NCBI GenBank assembly: GCA_041913425.1
Contig: JAYSFF010000002.1
Location: 1,565-65,564 of the forward strand
Length of the DNA stretch: 64,000 bases
Reading direction: 5' to 3'
DNA from: Arenimonas sp.
GTDB taxonomy: Bacteria > Pseudomonadota > Gammaproteobacteria > Xanthomonadales > Xanthomonadaceae
Shown: one piece after another, positions 9,337 through 20,009 of the stretch
Layout of the letters: each line of letters begins with the position of its first letter
Numbering within the stretch: the stretch's first letter is position 1
Program-made: the position numbers and the translations under genes
The notes under the pieces: generated by a model
Database searches by the model: none
Seen by the model: the letters and a program-made list of their open reading frames with translations, nothing else
What the model was told of the DNA's origin: nothing

Positions 9337-9996
9337 ATGGATTCGCCCACGGCACAAACGGCCGCAGTGGGCGCCGGGACGATCAGCCCCCCGGCAGGCC
9401 GACTACCCCCTGACGATTCCCGCATGCCGCGCGTGCTGTGCCTGGACGCGCACGGCCATATCCTCAACTGGATGCATTGGCAGGACGCCGCCTGCCTGTA
9501 CGCGCGCGATGCGGTGTCCTGGACCCTGGGCGAGCCCTGCCTGACCATCCACGGCGGCCGCAACCGGCTGACCGGCGAACAGAGCCTGCTGGAACTGCAT
9601 CCGATCGTGGCGGCGCGCGGCCACGCCCATGCCCGCAGCCACCTGCCCTCGCCGGCGTTGACCAACACCGCCCTGTTCGCCCGCGACAAGCAGCTCTGTC
9701 TGTACTGCGGCAAGGAATGCTCGCGCCACGTGCTGACCCGCGACCACGTGCATCCGGTGTCGCAGGGCGGCCGCGACGTCTGGGAGAACGTGGTCAGCGC
9801 CTGCTTCCGCTGCAATTCCAAGAAAGGCGGCCGCACGCCGCAACAGGCCGGCATGCCGCTGCTGGCGGTGCCGTATCGGCCGAGTTGGGTCGAGCACCTG
9901 ATCCTGTCGAACCGCAACATCCTGGCCGACCAGATGGCCTTCCTGAAGCAGCATCTGCCGAAACATCCGCGCGGCGGCGCATTCGCCATTCAATGA
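9337..9996 (+). CDS. HNH endonuclease (McrA-like, Zn-finger)
   Basis: CLYCG...LTRDHVHPVSQGG...WENVVSACFRCNSKKG; start uncertain (9337 or 9424). Confidence 0.88.
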   Translation: MDSPTAQTAAVGAGTISPPAGRLPPDDSRMPRVLCLDAHGHILNWMHWQDAACLYARDAVSWTLGEPCLTIHGGRNRLTGEQSLLELHPIVAARGHAHARSHLPSPALTNTALFARDKQLCLYCGKECSRHVLTRDHVHPVSQGGRDVWENVVSACFRCNSKKGGRTPQQAGMPLLAVPYRPSWVEHLILSNRNILADQMAFLKQHLPKHPRGGAFAIQ

Positions 9997-10023
9997 GTTA
10001 GCGGGCCTGGACGAACAGCCGCC

Positions 10024-10052
10024 TTGCCCTGAACCCGCAAGTCAATGACAAT
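10024..10052 (+). promoter_or_regulatory. Candidate sigma70 promoter for dxs
   Basis: TTGCCC-N17-GACAAT. Confidence 0.35.
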
Positions 10053-10078
10053 ATCGGCTTGTCTTTGAGCCGAATCCG

Positions 10079-11941
10079 ATGGACCGCGAACGTTACCCGC
10101 TGCTTTCCCGCATCCCGACCCCCGACCTGCTGCGCCAGCTGCCCGAAAGCGAGCTGCCGCAGGTAGCCGAGGAGCTGCGCGCCTACCTGATCGAAACGGT
10201 CAGCCAGGTCGGCGGCCATTTCGGCGCCGGCCTGGGCGTGGTCGAGCTGACCGTGGCCCTGCATTACCTGTACGAGACCCCGGCCGACCGTCTGGTCTGG
10301 GACGTCGGCCACCAGTGCTATCCGCACAAGATCCTGACCGGCCGCGCGGAAACCATCCACACCGTGAAGAAGAAAGGCGGCGTGGCGCCGTTCCCGCGCC
10401 GCGAGGAAAGCCCGTACGACACCTTCGGCGTCGGCCACTCCTCGACCTCGATTTCGGCCGCGCTGGGCATGGCGGTGGCGGCCCAGCGTGAAGGCGACGG
10501 CCGGCAGTTCGTGGCGGTCATCGGCGACGGCGCGCTGACCGCGGGCATGGCGTTCGAGGCACTGAACCACGCCGGCGGCATGGAGCCGGAACCGGATTTC
10601 CTGGTCATCCTGAACGACAACCAGATGTCGATTTCCGAGAACGTCGGCGCGCTGACCAAGATGCTCGGCCGGGTGATGACCAGCCGCACACTGAACGCGG
10701 TGCGCGAAGGCGGCAAGAAGATCCTCGGCGACAAGCACAAGCCGGCCGCGAAATTCGTGCGGCGCTGGGAAGAACACTGGAAGGGCATGTTCGTGCCGTC
10801 CACGCTGTTCGAGGAGATGGGCTTCCACTACAACGGGCCGATCGACGGCCACGACCTGCCGGCCCTGTTGCAGGCGCTGAAGACCGCCAAGAGCCTGAAA
10901 GGCCCGCAGCTGCTGCATGTGATCACCACCAAAGGCAAGGGCTACGAACGCGCCGAAGGCGACCAGATCGAATACCACGCGGTGTCGCCGTTCGACCCGA
11001 GCGTGGGCGTGCAGAAGAAAGGCCCGGGCAAACCGACCTACACCTCGGTGTTCGGCGACTGGCTGTGCGATATGGCCGCCGCCGATACGAAGCTGATGGG
11101 CATCACGCCGGCGATGCGCGAAGGCTCCGGTCTGGTGCGCTTCTCGCAGGAATACCCGCTGCGCTACTTCGACACCGCCATCGCCGAGCAGCACGCGGTG
11201 ACCTTCGCCGCCGGCCTGGCCTGCGAAGGCGCCAAGCCGGTGGTCGCGATCTACTCCAGCTTCCTGCAGCGCGCCTACGACCAGCTGATCCACGACGTGG
11301 CCTTGCAGGATCTGGACGTGCTGTTCGCCATCGACCGCGCCGGCCTGGTCGGCCCGGACGGCGCCACCCACGCCGGCAGCTTCGATTTGAGCTTCCTGCG
11401 TTGCATCCCGAACATGGTCATCATGGCGCCCTCCGACGAGCGCGAATGCCGGCTGATGCTGAGCACCGGCTACCGTCACCCCGGTCCGGCCGCCGTGCGC
11501 TATCCGCGCGGCTCGGGTACCGGCGTGGCGGCCGGCGACGATCTGGCCACGATCGAGATCGGCAAGGCGCGCACCGTGCGCCAAGGCCGCGGACTGGCCA
11601 TCCTGTGTTTCGGCAGTCCGCTGGCGGCCGCGCACCCGGTGGCCGAGGAACTGGACGCCACCCTGGTGGACATGCGCTTCGTGAAGCCGCTGGACGAGGC
11701 CTTGCTGGCCGAACTGGCGAAAGACCACACGCGCTTCGTCACGGTCGAGGACAATGCCGTGATGGGCGGCGCCGGCAGCGCGGTCAGCGAATGGTTCCGC
11801 GCGCGCCGCATTGATGCCGACCTGCTGCAGCTCGGCCTGCCCGACCGCTACCAGGAACACGCCAGCCGCGAAGAACTGCTGGCCGAAGCCGGCATCGACC
11901 AAGCCGGCATCCATGCCGCCATCGCGGCGCGCTGGCCGTAA
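10079..11941 (+). CDS. dxs: 1-deoxy-D-xylulose-5-phosphate synthase
   Basis: [27 protein letters not shown] (TPP) and [13 protein letters not shown] motifs. Confidence 0.98.
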   Translation: MDRERYPLLSRIPTPDLLRQLPESELPQVAEELRAYLIETVSQVGGHFGAGLGVVELTVALHYLYETPADRLVWDVGHQCYPHKILTGRAETIHTVKKKGGVAPFPRREESPYDTFGVGHSSTSISAALGMAVAAQREGDGRQFVAVIGDGALTAGMAFEALNHAGGMEPEPDFLVILNDNQMSISENVGALTKMLGRVMTSRTLNAVREGGKKILGDKHKPAAKFVRRWEEHWKGMFVPSTLFEEMGFHYNGPIDGHDLPALLQALKTAKSLKGPQLLHVITTKGKGYERAEGDQIEYHAVSPFDPSVGVQKKGPGKPTYTSVFGDWLCDMAAADTKLMGITPAMREGSGLVRFSQEYPLRYFDTAIAEQHAVTFAAGLACEGAKPVVAIYSSFLQRAYDQLIHDVALQDLDVLFAIDRAGLVGPDGATHAGSFDLSFLRCIPNMVIMAPSDERECRLMLSTGYRHPGPAAVRYPRGSGTGVAAGDDLATIEIGKARTVRQGRGLAILCFGSPLAAAHPVAEELDATLVDMRFVKPLDEALLAELAKDHTRFVTVEDNAVMGGAGSAVSEWFRARRIDADLLQLGLPDRYQEHASREELLAEAGIDQAGIHAAIAARWP

Positions 11942-11945
11942 ATCA

Positions 11946-12050
11946 TTGGTGCGAACCTTGTGTTCGCCGATTGCCATTGAACCGCAGGGGCGAACCTTGT
12001 GTTCGCCCATGGCCCGGCCGAAACAGGGCGAACATGAAGTTCGCCCCTAC
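11946..12050. repeat. GTAG-type REP cluster (three units; two form an inverted REPIN-like pair)
   Basis: Units at about 11946-11968 (TTGGTGCGAACCTTGTGTTCGCC), 11984-12008 (GCAGGGGCGAACCTTGTGTTCGCCC) and 12026-12050 (reverse complement GTAGGGGCGAACTTCATGTTCGCCC). Each has a GCGAAC/GTTCGC internal palindrome. Confidence 0.85.
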
Positions 12051-12880
12051 GGAATGCGCCCGATCGTGACCCGGTCGCGGCCTTCCAGGTCGCGCTCGGT
12101 GCCGACTTCTTCAAAACCCACATCGGCCAATAGCGAGCGCACCGCCGCGCCTTGGTTCCAGCCGTGTTCAAGCAATAACCAGCCACCGGACAGCAGATGC
12201 CGCGGCGCGCCGGCGACGATCGCGCGGAGGTCGTCCAGGCCATCACCGCCGGAAGCCAGCGCCGAGCGCGGCTCGAAGCGCAGATCGCCCTGCACCAGAT
12301 GCGGATCGGCCGCTTCGATATAGGGCGGATTGCTGGCGATCAATGCGAAGCGGGCGTCGGCCAGCGGCGCGTACCAATCGCCGTGGCGGAATTCGACGTT
12401 ATGCAGTCCGTGCGCTTCGGCATTGGCGCGCGCCACCGTCAGCGCGCCCGGCGAGGCATCCACCGCCGTCACCCGCGCCTGCGGCCGTTCGCTGGCAATC
12501 GCCAAGGCCACGGCGCCCGAGCCGGTACCCAAGTCGAGCACATCGGCGGGTGCGTCCGACGGCAGACGCGCCAACGCCAGTTCCACCAGCAACTCGGTTT
12601 CCGGGCGGGGAATCAGGGTATCCGGCGTGACCTGCAGATCCAGCGTCCAAAACCCGCGCCGGCCGGTGAGATAGGCCACCGGCTCGCCGGCGGCCCGGCG
12701 GGTCGCCAGACCTTCGAACGCCGCCTGCTGCACGGCGCTCAGGGTGGTATCGCCGAAGGCGTACAGCCAGGTGCGCGGCCTGCCGAGCACATGCGCCATC
12801 AGCAACTCGGCATCCGTGCGCGCCAAGCCGCCGGCTTCGGGCTGGCAGGCATGGCGCAGGGCGGTGGCGATGTCGGTCAT
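12047..12880 (-). CDS. prmC: Release factor glutamine methyltransferase
   Basis: [25 protein letters not shown] and SNPPY motifs. Confidence 0.96.
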   Translation of the reverse strand: MTDIATALRHACQPEAGGLARTDAELLMAHVLGRPRTWLYAFGDTTLSAVQQAAFEGLATRRAAGEPVAYLTGRRGFWTLDLQVTPDTLIPRPETELLVELALARLPSDAPADVLDLGTGSGAVALAIASERPQARVTAVDASPGALTVARANAEAHGLHNVEFRHGDWYAPLADARFALIASNPPYIEAADPHLVQGDLRFEPRSALASGGDGLDDLRAIVAGAPRHLLSGGWLLLEHGWNQGAAVRSLLADVGFEEVGTERDLEGRDRVTIGRIP

Positions 12881-12885
12881 GGCTG

Positions 12886-12944
12886 ATAGCTTACTCGAAT
12901 GCAATTGATAGTCTGAATGAATCATAAAATATTATTTGATTCAT
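12886..12944. promoter_or_regulatory. OxyR-type four-box operator plus AT-rich palindrome
   Basis: ATAG-N7-GAAT-N7-ATAG-N7-GAAT at 12886-12922 matches OxyR ATAG-N7-CTAT spacing. ATGAATCA-N12-TGATTCAT palindrome at 12917-12944. Confidence 0.7.
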
Positions 12945-12997
12945 GACGACAATTGTACATATACTCGCTTCACAGATGCCACGTCCGAGGACTCGAC

Positions 12998-13918
12998 ATG
13001 AACCTGCGTGACCTGCGTTACTTCATCGCCCTGGCCGAAACCCGCCACTTCGGGCGCGCCGCCGAAGCCTGCTTCGTCAGCCAGCCGACATTGTCGACGC
13101 AACTGAAGAAGCTCGAGGAAGAACTGGGCATGCCGCTGTTCGAGCGCGCGCCGCGCAACGTGCTGTTGACTCCGGCCGGCGAGCAGATCCTGGAGCACGC
13201 CCGGCAGGCCTTGGCGCATGTCAGCCAGATGCAGGAAATCGCCCGCCACACCAAGGATCCGGAATCGGCCTCGGTGCGGCTGGGCATCTTCCCGACGCTG
13301 GCGCCGTACCTGCTGCCGCACGTGGTACCGAAGATCCGTCAGCGCTTCCCGCACCTGGAACTGCTGCTGGTGGAGGAGAAGACCGAAACCCTGATCCTGC
13401 AACTGCGCAACGGCCTGATCGACGCCGCCGTACTGGCCGAACCGGTGGCCGACGAGCACTTCGACTCGATGCACCTGTTCACCGAACCGTTCGTGCTCGC
13501 TTTGCCGGAGAAGCATCCGCTCAGCCGGCAACGCACGCTCGGCATGGGCGAGCTGGAACAGCAGCATCTGCTGCTGCTGGAGGACGGCCACTGCCTGCGC
13601 GACCAGGCCCTGGCGGTCTGCGGTCTGTCCGGCGCCAGCGAGAAGGAAGGCTTCCGCGCCACCAGCCTGGAGACCCTGCGCCAAATGGTGGCGGCCGGCG
13701 TCGGCATCACCCTGCTGCCGATGCTGGCGGTGCAGCCGCCGGTGCCGGAATCGCCGCATATCCGGCTGATGCCGTTCCGCGACCCGGCGCCGACGCGGCG
13801 GATCTCGCTGTATTGGCGCAAGAGCTCGGTGCGCGCCGGCTTCCTGACCGCCATCGGCGAGCAGATCGCTGATCTGCCGAAATCGCTGTTCGAGATGAAA
13901 CCCCGAAAGGCGGCCTGA
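12998..13918 (+). CDS. oxyR: Hydrogen peroxide-sensing LysR regulator OxyR
   Basis: MNLRDLRY...HFGRAAEACFVSQPTLS HTH; LLEDGHCLRDQALAVC carries both redox cysteines; ATSLETLRQMV. Confidence 0.92.
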   Translation: MNLRDLRYFIALAETRHFGRAAEACFVSQPTLSTQLKKLEEELGMPLFERAPRNVLLTPAGEQILEHARQALAHVSQMQEIARHTKDPESASVRLGIFPTLAPYLLPHVVPKIRQRFPHLELLLVEEKTETLILQLRNGLIDAAVLAEPVADEHFDSMHLFTEPFVLALPEKHPLSRQRTLGMGELEQQHLLLLEDGHCLRDQALAVCGLSGASEKEGFRATSLETLRQMVAAGVGITLLPMLAVQPPVPESPHIRLMPFRDPAPTRRISLYWRKSSVRAGFLTAIGEQIADLPKSLFEMKPRKAA

Positions 13919-13958
13919 ACCGGTTAAAATGGGCGTTTTCGACGAATCGAACGCGCGC

Positions 13959-15688
<1,730 letters not shown>

Positions 15689-15689
<1 letters not shown>

Positions 15690-16354
15690 TGGCGGCGCGG
15701 CGGCCATGGCCGCTGGCGGTTTCCTTTGCCGCCTTCGCGGCGGTGATGGCGCTCTGGTATCTGCCGGGCATGCCGCACTTTCCCTGGCGCGGCGGCTTGG
15801 TGGCCGCGGCGGTATTGGCCGTGACTTGGCTGGAATGCGGCAGCCTGAAGCCGCTCGGCCTGAACTTTCCCTGGCCGAAGCGGACGCTGTGGTATGCCGT
15901 GTTGGTATGGCTGGCGCTGGAGACCGCGATGGATTTCGTGGTCCAGCCCGCGATCGTGCGCCTGACCGGCGAAGCGACCGATTACTCCGCCTTCGCGGCC
16001 CTGGCCGGAAATACGCCGACCACGCTGCGTTATCTGGCCGGCATGTGGCTGAGCGCCGCCGTGGCGGAAGAACTGTTCTATCGCGGCCATGTGTTCCGCA
16101 TGGTCGAACGCGTCGGCCGGCCGGGCGTGCTGCGCAATCTGGCCGCCGTCATCGTCAGCGCACTGCTGTTCGCGGCGCCGCACGCGTACCAAGGCCTGTC
16201 CGGGCTGATCGCCACCTTCGCGTTCGGTCTGGCGTTCGCCGTCGTGTTTTTGTCGGTGCGCCGCAACCTGTGGGTCGTCATCCTGGCACACGGCTTCGTC
16301 GATACCCTGTTCCTGACGCTTGCCTATGCCGGCAAGCTGTCCTGGTACCCCTGA
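15689..16354 (+). CDS. CPBP (CAAX/Abi) family intramembrane glutamic protease
   Basis: EELFYRG, FAAPH and HGFVD motifs; TAATG coupling to glnS. Confidence 0.85.
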
Positions 16355-16364
16355 GGATTCCGCC

Positions 16365-16922
16365 ATGCTGTACGCCCAAGTCCATCTGACCCTGCCGGCC
16401 TGGGTGCATAGCGAAATCGCGTCGGATGCGCTCTATCCCGACGACGCCTCGCGCATGACGTTGGCGGTGCGCCTGTCGGAACTGAACGTGCGCGAGCAGA
16501 GCGGCGGTCCGTTCGGCGCCGCGCTGTTCTCCGATGACGGCCGGTTGCTCGGCGTCGGCGTGAACCGGGTGATTCCCAGCAACTGCTCGGTGGCGCATGC
16601 CGAAATGATGGCCTTCGCCACCGCGCAGCAACGCCTGCAGCAGTTCCGGCTGAACCAATCCGGCCGGCGCGTGATCCTGGCCACCTCCTCGCAACCCTGC
16701 GCGATGTGCTACGGCGCCTCATTCTGGGCCGGTATCGACGAAATCCTGATCGGCGCCCGCGCCGACGACGTGCAGACGCTGGCCGGCTTCGACGAAGGCC
16801 CGCTGCCGGCCGACTGGGCCGGCGAGTGGGAAAAACGCGGCATCGCGGTCAAACGCGACCTGCTGCGCGACGAAGCCTGCGCGGTGCTGAAGCGCTACGG
16901 GGAATCCGGCCTTGTCTACTGA
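16365..16922 (+). CDS. Zn-dependent nucleoside/nucleobase deaminase (CDA superfamily)
   Basis: GGPFGA, AHAE and QPCAMC motifs; GAGG RBS before ATG 16365. Confidence 0.88.
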   Translation: MLYAQVHLTLPAWVHSEIASDALYPDDASRMTLAVRLSELNVREQSGGPFGAALFSDDGRLLGVGVNRVIPSNCSVAHAEMMAFATAQQRLQQFRLNQSGRRVILATSSQPCAMCYGASFWAGIDEILIGARADDVQTLAGFDEGPLPADWAGEWEKRGIAVKRDLLRDEACAVLKRYGESGLVY

Positions 16923-17967
16923 AGGCCTGCTGGCCTATTGCCGCCCCGGCTTCGAGCCGGACCTGGCCGCTGAACTGAGCTGGCACGCGGCGCAGAAGGG
17001 CCTGCCGGTGTACGCCAAGACCCAGAAGAACAGCGCCTACGTGCTGCTGCTCGGCGCGCCGCGCGAACAGCTGGCCGAGGCGATTCCCTACCGCGAGCTG
17101 ATCTTCGCCCGCCAGAAATACGCCCTGATCGACGAACTGCAGGGCTTGGACGTGCAGGACCGCATCACGCCGGTGCTTGCCGCGCTCGGCGGCAAGGGCC
17201 GCTACGGCGAACTGTCGGTGGAGACGCCCGACTCCGACGACGCGCGGCAGTTGACCGGCCTGGCCAAGGCCTTCGGCAACGCCTTGCGGCCCGCTCTGCG
17301 CCAGCGCGGCCTGCTCACCGACAAACCGAATCCGAAGCTGCCGACCCTGCACGTGGCCTTCGTCGGCAACAACCACCTGCTGCTGGCCAGCTCGACCGAA
17401 AGCGACCGCGCGCCCTGGCCGATGGGCATCCCGCGCCTGAAGCAGGACCCGCGCGCGCCCAGCCGCTCGGCGATGAAGCTGGACGAGGCCATCCTGTGCC
17501 TGATGACGCCGGCCGAGCGCATGGACCTGATCGCGCCCGGCATGCAGGCCGCCGACCTGGGCGCCGCGCCCGGCGGCTGGAGCTGGGTACTGGCCAAACA
17601 CCAGTTACAGGTCAGCGCCATCGACAACGGCCCGCTGAACGCCGATGCGCTGGCCACCGGACTGATCGAGCATATCCGCGCCGACGGCTTCCACTGGCAG
17701 CCGCCGCGCCCGATCGACTGGATGGTGTGCGACATGGTGGAGACGCCGAGCAAGGTCGCGCGCCGCATGGCGCAGTGGTTCGCCAACGGCTGGTGCCGCA
17801 ACGCCATCTTCAACCTGAAGCTGCCGATGAAAAAGCGCTGGGAAGAGACCGCGCTCTGCCTCGAGCTGTTCCGCGACCAGTGCGGCAAGCCGATGCGGAT
17901 CCGCGCCAAGCAGCTGTACCACGACCGCGAGGAAATCACCGTGTTCGCGCGCCTCGACAGAAAATAA
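16912..17967 (+). CDS. rlmM: 23S rRNA C2498 2'-O-methyltransferase
   Basis: YCRPGFE, APSRSAMKL, DLGAAPGGW, CDMVE and QLYHDREE motifs. Confidence 0.96.
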   Translation: MSTEGLLAYCRPGFEPDLAAELSWHAAQKGLPVYAKTQKNSAYVLLLGAPREQLAEAIPYRELIFARQKYALIDELQGLDVQDRITPVLAALGGKGRYGELSVETPDSDDARQLTGLAKAFGNALRPALRQRGLLTDKPNPKLPTLHVAFVGNNHLLLASSTESDRAPWPMGIPRLKQDPRAPSRSAMKLDEAILCLMTPAERMDLIAPGMQAADLGAAPGGWSWVLAKHQLQVSAIDNGPLNADALATGLIEHIRADGFHWQPPRPIDWMVCDMVETPSKVARRMAQWFANGWCRNAIFNLKLPMKKRWEETALCLELFRDQCGKPMRIRAKQLYHDREEITVFARLDRK

Positions 17968-17991
17968 GACCACACACCGGAACGACACCCC

Positions 17992-19053
17992 ATGACCGAC
18001 GACATCCGAATCCAGCGCACCGCGCAATCCAAACTCGGACAGGTGGATTGGAACCACCTGCCCTTCGGCCGCATCTTCTCCGACCACATGCTGGTGATGG
18101 GTTACGCCGACGGCGTCTGGCGGACGCCGGAAATAGTGCCGTACGGCCCGATCAGCATGCAGCCCTGCAACGCCACCCTGCACTACGGCCAGACCATTTT
18201 CGAAGGCATGAAGGCGATCCGTGCCACAGACGGCCGCATCACCCTGTTCCGCCCGGAATTGAACGCGCGCCGCTTCAACGAAAGCTGCCAACGCCTATGC
18301 ATGCCGGGCATCGACGAAACGCGCTTCATCGAGCTGGTCAAGGCTTTCGTGCACTTCGAACGCGACTGGGTTCCGGCCTCTGCCGAGTCCTCGCTGTACC
18401 TGCGGCCGTTCCTGTTCGCCACCGATGAACTACTGGGCGTGCGGCCGTCTGAGACCTACAAATTCATGATCATCGCCTGTCCGGCCGGCGCCTATTACGC
18501 CAAGCCGGTGTCGGTGAAGATCGAAGAGCACTACACCCGCGCCGCCGAGGGCGGCACCGGCCGCGCCAAGACCGCCGGCAACTACGCCGCCTCGCTGCTG
18601 CCCACCAAGCTGGCGCACGACGAAGGCTTCGACCAGCTGATCTGGACCGACGGCAGGGCGCACCGCTACATCGAGGAGTCCGGCACCATGAACCTGGTGC
18701 TGGTGATCGACGGCGTAATCCTGACCCCGTCCGAGGATTCCGACACCATCCTGCGCAGCGTGGTGAAGCGCTCGGTGGTGGATTTGGCCAAGCACTGGGG
18801 CTTGCCGGTCGAGGAACGTCGGATATCGGTCGAGGAGCTGGTCGCCGCCATCCGCGACGGCCGCCTGCAGGACGCGTTCGGGGCCGGCACCGCCGCCACC
18901 ATCGCGCCGATCGCCGAGATCGGCTTCCGCGGCGAGCGCTTCACGCTGCCGGCGGTGGAAACGCGCACGGTATCGACGCGCATCAAGGCCTATCTGGACG
19001 GCATCAAGTCCGGCAGCGTCGCCGACGAACTGGGCTGGTGCGTAGAAGTCTGA
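17992..19053 (+). CDS. ilvE: Branched-chain amino acid aminotransferase
   Basis: FGRIFSDHM, LHYGQTIFEGMKA, AKTAGNY (PLP lysine), EESGTMN and GAGTAA. Confidence 0.92.
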   Translation: MTDDIRIQRTAQSKLGQVDWNHLPFGRIFSDHMLVMGYADGVWRTPEIVPYGPISMQPCNATLHYGQTIFEGMKAIRATDGRITLFRPELNARRFNESCQRLCMPGIDETRFIELVKAFVHFERDWVPASAESSLYLRPFLFATDELLGVRPSETYKFMIIACPAGAYYAKPVSVKIEEHYTRAAEGGTGRAKTAGNYAASLLPTKLAHDEGFDQLIWTDGRAHRYIEESGTMNLVLVIDGVILTPSEDSDTILRSVVKRSVVDLAKHWGLPVEERRISVEELVAAIRDGRLQDAFGAGTAATIAPIAEIGFRGERFTLPAVETRTVSTRIKAYLDGIKSGSVADELGWCVEV

Positions 19054-19072
19054 GCGCTTTGATTGCGGGCAA

Positions 19073-19933
19073 TCATTCCGGCGCGGAAGGCTCCACATAG
19101 GGCTTTCCGCCGGGAACCAACGCGGAGTGTTCGCGCCGGGAGCGGAACAACGGATAGAACATTTCAACCCACCAGCGCTCCTTGCCGAACAGCTGGTCGT
19201 CGCGCAATCCGATCTGCGCCGGATATTGCCGGGTGATGTAGGCCGTACCGAACAGCACATCCCACAAAAACAGCAGATTGCCGAAGTTGCCGGTGTAGTA
19301 GCCGATGCCGTCGTTGAACATGGCATGGTGGGCGTAGTGCGTACTGGGCGTCGACACGGTGCGCTGCACCAGCCACATCAGCGGCGAAAGCGCCCGGATT
19401 CGGTAAAGCGGCGCATCCCATTTCACCGCCGAATGGGCCCCGGTGATGACCGCCAGCTTGATCACGATGTAGACCAGATACACGTCCGCGAAGCCGAGAT
19501 AGATGAGCGCGCCGGATATCCACAAGCCCGGCATGGCCAGGTAATAGAAGAAGTTGTTGCGGTAGATGATGCGCGCGCTCATGTACTGCGCGCTGTGGTG
19601 CGCGCGGTGCAACGGCCACAGCAGCGGCGAGTGCGACGCCCGGTGCCACCAGTACTGGGTCATGTCGTCGCCGACCAGCAGAATCACGGCCATGGCGTAC
19701 CAGGGCAAGCCTGCCCACGCGTTCTGGTATTCAGGCGCCCAAGCCAGTCCGGCCTGCTGCACCAGCCAGAAGATGAAGGGTTGCGTGAATCCGGCGAGCA
19801 GCGCGAGGCAGAGCATGTCGAGGATGTTGTCGCCCCGGCTGGCATTCATGCCCCGGGCTTTTCCGAGAACGAATTCGAGCAGGATGAAGCCGGCGAACAG
19901 CGAGAAAAGCATGATGTTCTGGAGGTTGGACAT
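19073..19933 (-). CDS. Sterol desaturase / fatty acid hydroxylase family protein
   Basis: His boxes HRASH, HRAHH and HYAHH, with NFGNLLFLWDVLFGT. Confidence 0.88.
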   Translation of the reverse strand: MSNLQNIMLFSLFAGFILLEFVLGKARGMNASRGDNILDMLCLALLAGFTQPFIFWLVQQAGLAWAPEYQNAWAGLPWYAMAVILLVGDDMTQYWWHRASHSPLLWPLHRAHHSAQYMSARIIYRNNFFYYLAMPGLWISGALIYLGFADVYLVYIVIKLAVITGAHSAVKWDAPLYRIRALSPLMWLVQRTVSTPSTHYAHHAMFNDGIGYYTGNFGNLLFLWDVLFGTAYITRQYPAQIGLRDDQLFGKERWWVEMFYPLFRSRREHSALVPGGKPYVEPSAPE

Positions 19934-20009
19934 CGGCGTTCTGCACTCAGGTGGATTTGACCGGAAGCCCCCACTTCCCCCCGGATTGTTGATGATTTCC
20001 GGTATCCCG

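Noticed and set aside
11946-12050. Possible mini-CRISPR (repeat-spacer-repeat)
   Set aside because: The third unit is inverted, spacers are only 15-17 bp, there are no cas genes, and a GTAG end indicates REP.
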